Assembly: GCA_003345555.1 (NCBI GenBank)
Contig: PRDJ01000078.1
Location: 1-32,000, forward strand
Direction of reading: 5' to 3'
From: Candidatus Thorarchaeota archaeon
GTDB taxonomy: Archaea; Asgardarchaeota; Thorarchaeia; Thorarchaeales; Thorarchaeaceae
Length of the DNA: 32,000 nucleotides
A model generated the notes under the pieces. That model was not told the DNA's origin. It saw only the letters and a list, made by a program, of their open reading frames with translations, and ran no database searches. The translations under genes were made by a program, and so were the position numbers. Positions 18,786 to 26,578 of the stretch are shown here, piece after piece; positions within the stretch are counted from its first letter, which is position 1, and every line of letters begins with the position of its first letter.

Positions 18786-19709
18786 TCACCGCTCTCCGAT
18801 TCGGTACTCCTTCTTGAACCACTCTACAGTCCTTCGAACGCCCTCCTCAAGAGGCACTGTAATCTTGTGCCCGAGACGCTTCTTTGCCTTGGAGGAATCC
18901 GCCACCTTGTATCGTGTGGTAAAGGGCTCAGCATCCTTGAATAGCACCTTACTTCCATCCCTGCCCGTGTATCGCTCTACAAGCCCTGAGAGCTCTTCGA
19001 CATTGTACTGCTTTTCGCTTCCCAAGTTGAACACTTCTCCAGAATCGAACCTATCGATAATGTTGCCAAGCGTTCTGCAGATGTCTTCCACATACTCGAA
19101 AGTCCTCTTGTGTCCCCTGTACACGGTGTACGGTTCGTCGTGGAGTGCTCGGTATACGAAAACAGGAACGACGCCTCTGAACGTGGTGTAGTGTTCATGT
19201 GGTCCGTATACGTTGAAGAGCCTGACTCTCACAGTCTCAGTCTTGTCCATCGCAGCCGAGTTGATGATCTGTAGTTCGTTTGCCCACTTGGTGATCGCAT
19301 AGTCATTCATCTGCTTTATGGGAATCGTGTCAGTAACGTTCTCGGCCATGACACCATCATAGTCACCGTACACTTCAGCACTACCGAAGAATATCATACG
19401 AAACCGAAACTTCTTCTGCGCCGTGAGCACGTTCTTGGTACCAACTGCATTAGTGCGCCACAGATTCTCGTAGTAGGCTTCCCCGTTCCAGCGCCCGTAC
19501 TCTGCCGCAGCGTGATACACAACGTCAATCTTGTGTTCTTCAAAGATTCGCTCTATCTGACGATAGGACCCAACATCACACCTGATGAACTGGGAATCAT
19601 CAGACTGCACGATGTCCGCAGGCCACACGTCATGGCCTCGCTTTCTCAATTCGGCAGTGAGATTCGTACCGATGAACCCACGACCCCCGGTGATTAGTAT
19701 CGATGTCAT
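18786..19709 (-). CDS. NAD-dependent epimerase/dehydratase (extended SDR)
   Basis: GGRGFIG, HAAAEYGRWNGE, FGSAEVYG, DYAITK (YxxxK) and RLFNVYGP. Start trimmed to the ATG at 19709. Its TGA lies inside the GGTGA SD of the next gene. Confidence 0.92.
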   Translation of the reverse strand: MTSILITGGRGFIGTNLTAELRKRGHDVWPADIVQSDDSQFIRCDVGSYRQIERIFEEHKIDVVYHAAAEYGRWNGEAYYENLWRTNAVGTKNVLTAQKKFRFRMIFFGSAEVYGDYDGVMAENVTDTIPIKQMNDYAITKWANELQIINSAAMDKTETVRVRLFNVYGPHEHYTTFRGVVPVFVYRALHDEPYTVYRGHKRTFEYVEDICRTLGNIIDRFDSGEVFNLGSEKQYNVEELSGLVERYTGRDGSKVLFKDAEPFTTRYKVADSSKAKKRLGHKITVPLEEGVRRTVEWFKKEYRIGER

Positions 19710-19769
19710 GACTTGCGGCTCCGTTCTTGCGGATAGGTGCTCCGAGACAGGCGGAAACCTCCTGCCATT

Positions 19770-19777
19770 CTTAAAAG
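19770..19777 (-). promoter_or_regulatory. Candidate TATA box (CTTTTAAG) for the SDR pair
   Basis: AT-rich box about 60 nt upstream of the ATG at 19709. Confidence 0.35.
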
Positions 19778-19809
19778 CGTTATCGTGCAGCACGTCGTGA
19801 TGCTCCACA

Positions 19810-19905
19810 GATTTGCTCTCATTCTGTTATTCAAGGCTCAGCCATTCGAATCTGGGGCCCGGCTTGCGGTGGTCACGGCCCAAGCCTGAGAGCAAATCAG
19901 GCTTG
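19810..19905. repeat. Overlapping inverted repeats at the pyk 3' end (12-bp IR and 9-bp hairpin)
   Basis: GATTTGCTCTCA (19810-19821) pairs with TGAGAGCAAATC (19887-19898). CAAGCCTGA (19881-19889) pairs with TCAGGCTTG (19897-19905). Both were read directly from the sequence. Confidence 0.75.
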
Positions 19906-21357
19906 CGGCTTGCTTTCATCTTCAATGAAATCTCGAACGTGAAATACACCCATGAGGTTGGTCCGACCAGGGATATATCGTATTCCAGACGTGAATAGGA
20001 TATCCTTGTCACTGCCAATCAATCCCATGCCGTGAACCGTGCGGACTGATTCACGAATGATGTCGTCTACATTGTTAACATCTTGATGGTATTGGACAGG
20101 GTGCACTCCCCACAGCAATCTGAGTTTCCTCACTACGGCTGGATCATAGGTCACTGCGAATATGTCCGCAGGGGGTCGGAACTTGGATATCCACCTTGCA
20201 GTGTAACCGGTTCGTGTGGCGGTGATAATGCCCTCAATGTTCTGAGGGATGAGCGCAACAGCATTGTACACCAGATTTCCTATGATTTCAACAATCGCCT
20301 TTCGTGGCGAGGTCATGTCGCCAGGATTCACCTGCGTGATTCTCTTTTCCGCCTTGGTGACGATTCTGTTCATCATATCGACGACTCCAACGGGATCTAT
20401 GCCCATTGCTGTTTCCCCACTGAGCATCACTGCGTCGGCCCTGTCGAAGATGGCATGAGCTACGTCGCTGACCTCTGCTCTGGTAGGTAGCGCTTCGTGA
20501 GTCATTGATTCGAGCATATGGGTGGCCACAATGACCGGCTTGGCCCACATGTTTGCTTTCCTGATGAGGTCCCGCTGAAGGACTGGGACATCCTCTATGG
20601 GCACTTCTATACCTAAGTCGCCGCGCGCGATCATTACGCCATCGGACTCGTTCAGAATCTCTTCATACTTCTCGATTGCCAGTCTGTGTTCGATTTTGCT
20701 GATTACCCAGGCGCTAGAAGGCCCGTTAGAGGTGATTATCTCCTTGACATGTTTCACCTCACTAGGGTCCGTCACGAATGATAGTGCAATGAAGTCTGGC
20801 TCCAATTTGGCTGCGAGGTCAAGATCCTTGAGATCCTTGTCTGTCGGGATTGAACACGAGAGCTTGATATCGGGGACATTCACTCCCTTCTTGCTTGAGA
20901 TGGTTCCCCCGTGTACGACTTCGGTCGTTACTTCGGGAGCGCGAACCTTCTTCACGACAAGCCTGATTATACCGTCGTTTATCGCGATAGTGTCTCCCGG
21001 TTTCACATCTTGAGGAAGCTCCTTGTATGAAATCGAAACACGTGTTTGATCGCCAATGAAGTCCTCCGTTGAAATAATGAACTTCTGGCCCGCCTGGAGT
21101 TCAGCGGGGGCTTTCATGTCTCCAATCCGAATCTTCGGTCCCTGCAGGTCGAACATGATAGCCAGAGTGTCATCTATGGACCGGATTGTCTCAAACGTTT
21201 CCTTCGCAGAGCTGTGATCATCGTGAGAGAGGTTCAATCTTGCGACATCCATGCCGGCCTCGATCATTCCGGTTAGCACTTCTCTTGACCTTGAGGCTGG
21301 CCCAATCGTGCATACTATTTTTGAACGAGTCTTGTCAGGTTGCACGGCTCGAATCAC
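19897..21357 (-). CDS. pyk: Pyruvate kinase
   Basis: KIVCTIGPAS, ARLNLSH, DLQGPKIR, KKGVN.P, ISKIE, IARGDLGIE, PTRAEVSDVA and DAVMLSGETA.G. The start is either GTG 21357 or GTG 21345. Confidence 0.98.
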   Translation of the reverse strand: MIRAVQPDKTRSKIVCTIGPASRSREVLTGMIEAGMDVARLNLSHDDHSSAKETFETIRSIDDTLAIMFDLQGPKIRIGDMKAPAELQAGQKFIISTEDFIGDQTRVSISYKELPQDVKPGDTIAINDGIIRLVVKKVRAPEVTTEVVHGGTISSKKGVNVPDIKLSCSIPTDKDLKDLDLAAKLEPDFIALSFVTDPSEVKHVKEIITSNGPSSAWVISKIEHRLAIEKYEEILNESDGVMIARGDLGIEVPIEDVPVLQRDLIRKANMWAKPVIVATHMLESMTHEALPTRAEVSDVAHAIFDRADAVMLSGETAMGIDPVGVVDMMNRIVTKAEKRITQVNPGDMTSPRKAIVEIIGNLVYNAVALIPQNIEGIITATRTGYTARWISKFRPPADIFAVTYDPAVVRKLRLLWGVHPVQYHQDVNNVDDIIRESVRTVHGMGLIGSDKDILFTSGIRYIPGRTNLMGVFHVRDFIEDESKPQA

Positions 21358-21429
21358 TCCATCTGGTCATCCCGGTTGTTGCGATGCGAAATATCCATAA
21401 TAGGGCTTGCTTTTGGCTTCATGTTCAAG

Positions 21430-21443
21430 CCTATGGACATAGG
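21430..21443. promoter_or_regulatory. Candidate operator palindrome CCTATG-GA-CATAGG in the pyk/eno divergent region
   Basis: Perfect 6-2-6 dyad near the middle of the 182-bp gap. Confidence 0.35.
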
Positions 21444-21539
21444 TACTCGTGTGTTCACATGGATGAGGATAAATCCCGGCAGTTGTTGCTTTGCTACAAT
21501 GCAACCAGTAATCAGACCGTCCGAGTCGTGGTGATCGTT

Positions 21540-22838
21540 ATGGTGCAGTTCAAGTCAGTGAAATCGATTGAGATTCTTGATTCTCGTGGCAATCCAACTC
21601 TGATGACGAAGGTGATTCTGTCTGATGGGACAACAGGGATTGCCAAAATCCCCAGCGGTGCCTCTACCGGTACCCGTGAAGCCTTGGAGCTTAGGGACGG
21701 GGACAAGAGATACGGCGGAAAGGGAGTACAGAAAGCTGCAAACAATGTGAATGCGGTCATAGCGAAGGCTGTCATCTCGGTGGACCCTCTTTCTCAGCGC
21801 AATCTTGATGCCGTTCTGCTAAAGCTGGATCCGAGCAAGGGAAAGAGCAAACTCGGCGCCAATGCAATACTCTCGGTGTCGATGGCAACTGCAGTTGCTG
21901 CGGCAAGTCATCTCAAGGTGGGACTCTTCGAGTACCTAAGAACGAAAGTGATTGGCAAGCCAGCCGCATACCAGATGCCTGTGCCGCTCTCTAATGTCAT
22001 CAATGGAGGTGCGCATGCGGGCAATGAACTGGCCATTCAGGAATTCATGATTATGGCGCTCGGGGCGGCAGACATCCGTGAGGCCGTTCGATACACGAGC
22101 GAGGTGTATCAAGCGCTAGGAAAGCGGATGATAACTAAGTACGGGCGCATGGCAAGGCACGTAGGCGACGAAGGCGGCTACTGTGGGTACGGACTGAAGA
22201 CCACAAGCGATGCGTTCGAGGAGATTGTCGAAGCCATTTCGGCGGCAGGCTATCAGCCGGGGAAGGATGTCGTGCTGGCAATCGACTCGGCGGCGAGTGG
22301 GTTCTACAAGGACGGAGAATACACCGTGGATGGTAAGGCCATGGACTCCTCTGATCTGGTGGACTACTATCTGGAATTAGAGAAGACCTATCCACTAAGA
22401 AGCTTTGAAGATCCGTTTCATGAGGAAGCCTTTGACACCTTCGCCGAACTCACTCGGAAGACTCATTGTCAAGTGGTCACCGATGATCTCACTGTATCAA
22501 ATCCCGCCACCGTTCAGAGGGCGATAGAAGCTAAAGCGGGGAATGCGCTATTACTGAAGCTGAACCAGATTGGTACTGTGACAGAGGCAATCGATGCTGC
22601 AACCATCGCGAACAAGGCTGGGTGGCCGGTCGTAGTCAGTCACAGGAGTGGCGAGACCGGTGATACCTTCATTGCTGACTTAGTGGTTGCTCTGTCCACC
22701 GGTCAGATAAAGAGCGGGGCGCCTGCTCGCAGCGATAGGGTCGAGAAATACAATCGTCTCCTGGAAATCTATGACCTACTTGATGGGAAGTGCGGATATC
22801 CTGGGGCGGACTTCATGAAAGCTTGGAGGAGGTATTGA
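21540..22838 (+). CDS. eno: Enolase (phosphopyruvate hydratase)
   Basis: ILDSRGNPT, PSGASTG..EALELRD, LGANAIL, NVINGGAHA, GDEGG, LLKLNQIGTVTE, SHRSGET and GQIKSGAPARSDRVEKYN. True start is the ATG at 21540 with GGTGA at 21530-21534. Confidence 0.98.
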   Translation: MVQFKSVKSIEILDSRGNPTLMTKVILSDGTTGIAKIPSGASTGTREALELRDGDKRYGGKGVQKAANNVNAVIAKAVISVDPLSQRNLDAVLLKLDPSKGKSKLGANAILSVSMATAVAAASHLKVGLFEYLRTKVIGKPAAYQMPVPLSNVINGGAHAGNELAIQEFMIMALGAADIREAVRYTSEVYQALGKRMITKYGRMARHVGDEGGYCGYGLKTTSDAFEEIVEAISAAGYQPGKDVVLAIDSAASGFYKDGEYTVDGKAMDSSDLVDYYLELEKTYPLRSFEDPFHEEAFDTFAELTRKTHCQVVTDDLTVSNPATVQRAIEAKAGNALLLKLNQIGTVTEAIDAATIANKAGWPVVVSHRSGETGDTFIADLVVALSTGQIKSGAPARSDRVEKYNRLLEIYDLLDGKCGYPGADFMKAWRRY

Positions 22839-22841
22839 GTC

Positions 22842-24083
22842 ATGGCCACCAAATCCACGGCAGTCATGGTTGTAATGGATGGCGCAGGTGACCGACCTGT
22901 GCCTGAACTGGGAGGGCTGACTCCGTTCCAGGCGGCGAAGACTCCGAACTTCGACCGGCTTGCTTCTCAGGGACAAAGCGGACTCATGCACGTGATCTCT
23001 CCTGGTGTAACTCCTGGAAGCGACACCGCGCACCTAGCGCTCTTCGGATACGATCCAGTAACGACTTACCCCGGGAGAGGACCGCTCGAGGCCCTTGGGG
23101 CAGGCCTTCAATCGAAGCCGGGCGATGTGGCGTTTCGAGCCAACTTTGCCACCATGAATCCGGATTTCACAGTAACCGACCGCAGAGCCGGGCGAGAGTT
23201 CACAGGTGAGGAAGGCCTTGCTCTCCAGAAGGCATTGGACGGGCTAGACATCGACGGTGTGAGGGTACACTTCGTTCACACTGTCGAGCATCGCGGTGCT
23301 CTTGTTCTAGAAGGAAAGGGTCTCTCAGAGAAGATAACAGACGTAGATCCTCATGAGGATGGGAAGAAGGTCCTCCAAGCCACACCTCTTGTGCCTGAGG
23401 CGAAAAGAACTGCTGATGTTGTAAACAAACTGATACGGCTCTCCTTTGAGCGGCTAAGAGGTCTTGACGTGAACAAGGCTAGACAGATGAGGGGCATTGC
23501 ATCTGCCAATGTGCTTCTTCTTAGAGGACCTGGTCAACATCGAGAGGTGTCCACTCTCAAAGAAAGATTCGGAATCAGGTCTGCAGTCATTGCAGGAGGA
23601 GCATTGTACATAGGTACTGCTAAGTACGTAGGGATGGAACACATTAAGGTCCAGGGTCAGACAGGGACCATAGACACAAACTTCGATGGCATAGCTGACA
23701 AGGCAGCAGAATGTGTTGAATCAGATTACGATTACGTCTTTGTTCACATAAAAGCTACCGACAATGCTAGCCATGACCATAACGCGAAACAGAAGGTCTT
23801 GGCTATTGAAAGGACAGACAGGATGGTGGGGAGAGTACTCGATCGGGTGGGCAAGAAGATTGTCATTGTTGTTACTGCGGACCACACCACGCCGGTTACA
23901 GTAGGAGAACATACCTGCGATCCTGTGCCGATTGTCATCTGGTCCTCTTTCATCCGCCCCGATTCTGTCAAGCGCTTGACGGAGATAGACGCGCCTCATG
24001 GGGCTCTTCACACCATTCGTGGAATCGATGTGCTACCAATGCTGCTAGGCTACTCTGGAAAGACAGAGAAATTCGGTTCATAG
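22842..24083 (+). CDS. apgM: 2,3-bisphosphoglycerate-independent phosphoglycerate mutase, archaeal type
   Basis: VMDGAGDRP, KTPNFD, PGSDTAHLALFGYDP, GRGPLEALG, AFRANFAT, HIKATDNASHD and TADHTTP...HT.DPVP. GGAGGAGGT SD overlaps the end of eno, indicating translational coupling. Confidence 0.97.
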   Translation: MATKSTAVMVVMDGAGDRPVPELGGLTPFQAAKTPNFDRLASQGQSGLMHVISPGVTPGSDTAHLALFGYDPVTTYPGRGPLEALGAGLQSKPGDVAFRANFATMNPDFTVTDRRAGREFTGEEGLALQKALDGLDIDGVRVHFVHTVEHRGALVLEGKGLSEKITDVDPHEDGKKVLQATPLVPEAKRTADVVNKLIRLSFERLRGLDVNKARQMRGIASANVLLLRGPGQHREVSTLKERFGIRSAVIAGGALYIGTAKYVGMEHIKVQGQTGTIDTNFDGIADKAAECVESDYDYVFVHIKATDNASHDHNAKQKVLAIERTDRMVGRVLDRVGKKIVIVVTADHTTPVTVGEHTCDPVPIVIWSSFIRPDSVKRLTEIDAPHGALHTIRGIDVLPMLLGYSGKTEKFGS

Positions 24084-24094
24084 CTCTTGAGCGT

Positions 24095-25456
24095 CTAAGG
24101 CTCGTGGTAAGCAATCGGCTGAATTCCACGTTTCCCGATACAACGATACTCGAAACCCTTGGCAATCATAGTCTCTCGGCTGAACACATTCCGACCATCG
24201 ACAATCGCAGGGGTCCGCATTACTTTCTTGATTTTGTCCAAATCAAGAGAACTATACACCGAGTGCTTTGTGACGAGAGCAAGGCAGTCTGCACCAGTTG
24301 CTGCTTTGATTACGTCTTTTTCTATCGGCAGCTGCGTGAATTCCCATTCCTTGACATATGGGTCGTGAAGTCTGACAGTCATGCCCTTCGTCTGAAGTGA
24401 GGATACAAGTGGCGCAGAAGGTGTGTTCCGTGTGTCGTCTGAGTTCTCTAGGTAGGCGACGCCAAGAACAGTGACAATGGCGGTGTGCATCGAAACGCCT
24501 CTGGCAAGAAGTGCATTCTCAACAAGGTTGGCCATGTGAACCGGCATGTAGTTATTGATGCGTCGCGCGAGCGAGATGAACTCTGGCTCAATCTTCCATG
24601 TTCCGTACTCATACAAGCCATACCGCAGAAGCCAAGGGTCCTTAGGCAGACAATGCCCTCCCACTCCCGCCCCCGGGATGTGCATGTGTCTGTCATGTCT
24701 TGCATTCACCAGTTCAATAATCTTGTAGACGTCTACACCGAGACTCTCACAAACCATTGCCATCTCGTTTGCGAATGCTATGTTCACATCCCTGTACGCG
24801 TTTTCTATCACTTTGGCAAGCTCGGCAGTCATCGTATCCGCTGTGTATACCTTGTCTTTCACAATCTTTGAATAGAGGTCCACAGCACGCTGCGTACTCT
24901 TGGGAGTAATTCCTCCCACGACCCGCGGCATGTTGACGATGAATTCAATCAGCTTTCCCGGCATCACTCTCTCATATGAGAACGCGAGGTCAAAATCGGT
25001 TCCGGCCTTGAGACCGGACTCCTTTTCGATAATGGTCTGAACAACGTTCTGGGTTGTACCCGGCGCGACTGTCGACTCCACAACGACCAAAGCTCCCTTC
25101 CTGATTCTCTTCCCTATGCTCTCGCTCACTTCCTTCAACGAGACGTATTGTGGCATGTTCTGCGCGTCAGTTGGCGTCTGTACATCAATCAGGATTACGT
25201 CCGCGTTGCTAAGTATCTCGGGATCATCGGTGACCTTGAACTTGCCCTTAGCGACAACCTTGGAAAGCAGCTTGTCGAGGCCCGGCTCCACACCTTCGAA
25301 CGGGGACTTCCCGCTGTTCAGGACATCTATCTTCCATCCTGACCTCTTTGATTTTCTCTGGAGTCCAACAACTGTGAAGCCTTCGACATCGGCTAGAAGA
25401 GCGGCGCATGGGATGCCTACATAACCCATTCCGACTACTACGATATTGGTCGTCAT
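24095..25456 (-). CDS. UDP-hexose/UDP-HexNAc 6-dehydrogenase family (WecC/WbpA-like nucleotide-sugar dehydrogenase)
   Basis: GMGYVG, DVQTP, ESTVAPGTT, AELAKVIENAYRDVNIAFANE, catalytic GVGGHCLPKDP, GVAY..NSDDTRNTP and IVDGRN. Confidence 0.95.
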   Translation of the reverse strand: MTTNIVVVGMGYVGIPCAALLADVEGFTVVGLQRKSKRSGWKIDVLNSGKSPFEGVEPGLDKLLSKVVAKGKFKVTDDPEILSNADVILIDVQTPTDAQNMPQYVSLKEVSESIGKRIRKGALVVVESTVAPGTTQNVVQTIIEKESGLKAGTDFDLAFSYERVMPGKLIEFIVNMPRVVGGITPKSTQRAVDLYSKIVKDKVYTADTMTAELAKVIENAYRDVNIAFANEMAMVCESLGVDVYKIIELVNARHDRHMHIPGAGVGGHCLPKDPWLLRYGLYEYGTWKIEPEFISLARRINNYMPVHMANLVENALLARGVSMHTAIVTVLGVAYLENSDDTRNTPSAPLVSSLQTKGMTVRLHDPYVKEWEFTQLPIEKDVIKAATGADCLALVTKHSVYSSLDLDKIKKVMRTPAIVDGRNVFSRETMIAKGFEYRCIGKRGIQPIAYHEP

Positions 25457-25569
25457 CTAGAGCTCTCTCTGTTTGTTGTGTTAGTGGACCACGACGCTAG
25501 TGCCCTTGTGGGTTACCGTGAAAAAGGTTGTTCTAGGTTGAGAATCGCACTCTTTGGCTCGTCCCTCTC

Positions 25570-26397
25570 CTACTCAACATTGACCACTCTGTCGATTCTC
25601 TCTACAGAATCATCGATATAGTGCTTGTCATCGATTGTTAGTTCGATTGCGTCATTTGGGCAGGCCTCGACACAACGTCCGCAACCGCGGCACTCCTCGC
25701 TTATGACCGCATGGCCCCCAACGACGTGGATCGCATTGACAAAGCATATTCCTCGCGTGCAGGTTCCACATCCTTGGCACTTGTCTGTGACACGGACTTG
25801 TACTCCGGGCATCTTTGTGATTTTCCTGCCAATGCCTGGCGTGAGATCAGGAAGTATCTTCCATAGGCAGCAGCAAGGACAGCAATTGCAGACTGTGAGG
25901 AGCCTGTCCCCCGGTTTGGCATCGAGCCACACAGAATCGAGCTTGTTGCGGCCAATAAGGTGAACGAGTCCAGCTTCCCTGCACTTCCTGACATAGTCAA
26001 GTGCTTCCTCCTTCGAAACCCTTCGCCCCAAGAGTGGATTGATTCTCTTTGCGGCTTCGCCCAGAAACAGACACCCGTAGCTGATCGGATAGTCCTTGCA
26101 CTTCGAAGCATCTCTGCATATACAGAAATTCATAATCCAGTGGTAATTCGCCTTCTTGATGAAGTGTTCAACAATCTTGGACGGGAGGACTGTATCAACA
26201 GGGTGCTCCAGGGACTTGCCTATCGGTATTGTCTGAGATACGACGCTATCCTTGGGGAGGTACATTATGTCATCGTTCTCAAAGAGCATCTTATCGACCA
26301 TGCGACCGAGGCCCGGCACACGTGTCATCAGTGCTATCATGCGTCTGTTGGGGAATGTCTTTTTCAGCATCTGTACAAACCAAAGGGGCCGCGCCAT
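25570..26397 (-). CDS. Cys-rich 4Fe-4S dicluster domain protein of unknown function
   Basis: 19 Cys. C-terminal ferredoxin CxxCxxCx4C and CxxCxxCxxxCP motifs, plus N-terminal CxCx5Cx8C and CNCCPCCC. Confidence 0.9.
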   Translation of the reverse strand: MARPLWFVQMLKKTFPNRRMIALMTRVPGLGRMVDKMLFENDDIMYLPKDSVVSQTIPIGKSLEHPVDTVLPSKIVEHFIKKANYHWIMNFCICRDASKCKDYPISYGCLFLGEAAKRINPLLGRRVSKEEALDYVRKCREAGLVHLIGRNKLDSVWLDAKPGDRLLTVCNCCPCCCLWKILPDLTPGIGRKITKMPGVQVRVTDKCQGCGTCTRGICFVNAIHVVGGHAVISEECRGCGRCVEACPNDAIELTIDDKHYIDDSVERIDRVVNVE

Positions 26398-26473
26398 GAG
26401 CGTCTTGATGTTCTAAGGCATTGATATTGCTATCGAACTGGGTTCCCATGGCAGTGTGCCTGCATGTGGCTCT

Positions 26474-26490
26474 TTCCACCATACGTGGAA
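26474..26490. promoter_or_regulatory. Candidate operator palindrome TTCCAC-N5-GTGGAA
   Basis: Perfect 6-5-6 dyad at the centre of the 181-bp divergent gap. Confidence 0.3.
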
Positions 26491-26578
26491 TGATGTGCAA
26501 TAAGTAGGAATTGGCACCGTCAGTAACTCTCTTAAACACCGAGCAAGTACAACTAGAGGCGGCAGCTGAGGCAGAACC

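Noticed and set aside
21186-21539. 118-codon N-terminal extension of the enolase ORF
   Set aside because: It overlaps pyk antisense. Enolase homology and a GGTGA SD both begin at the ATG at 21540.
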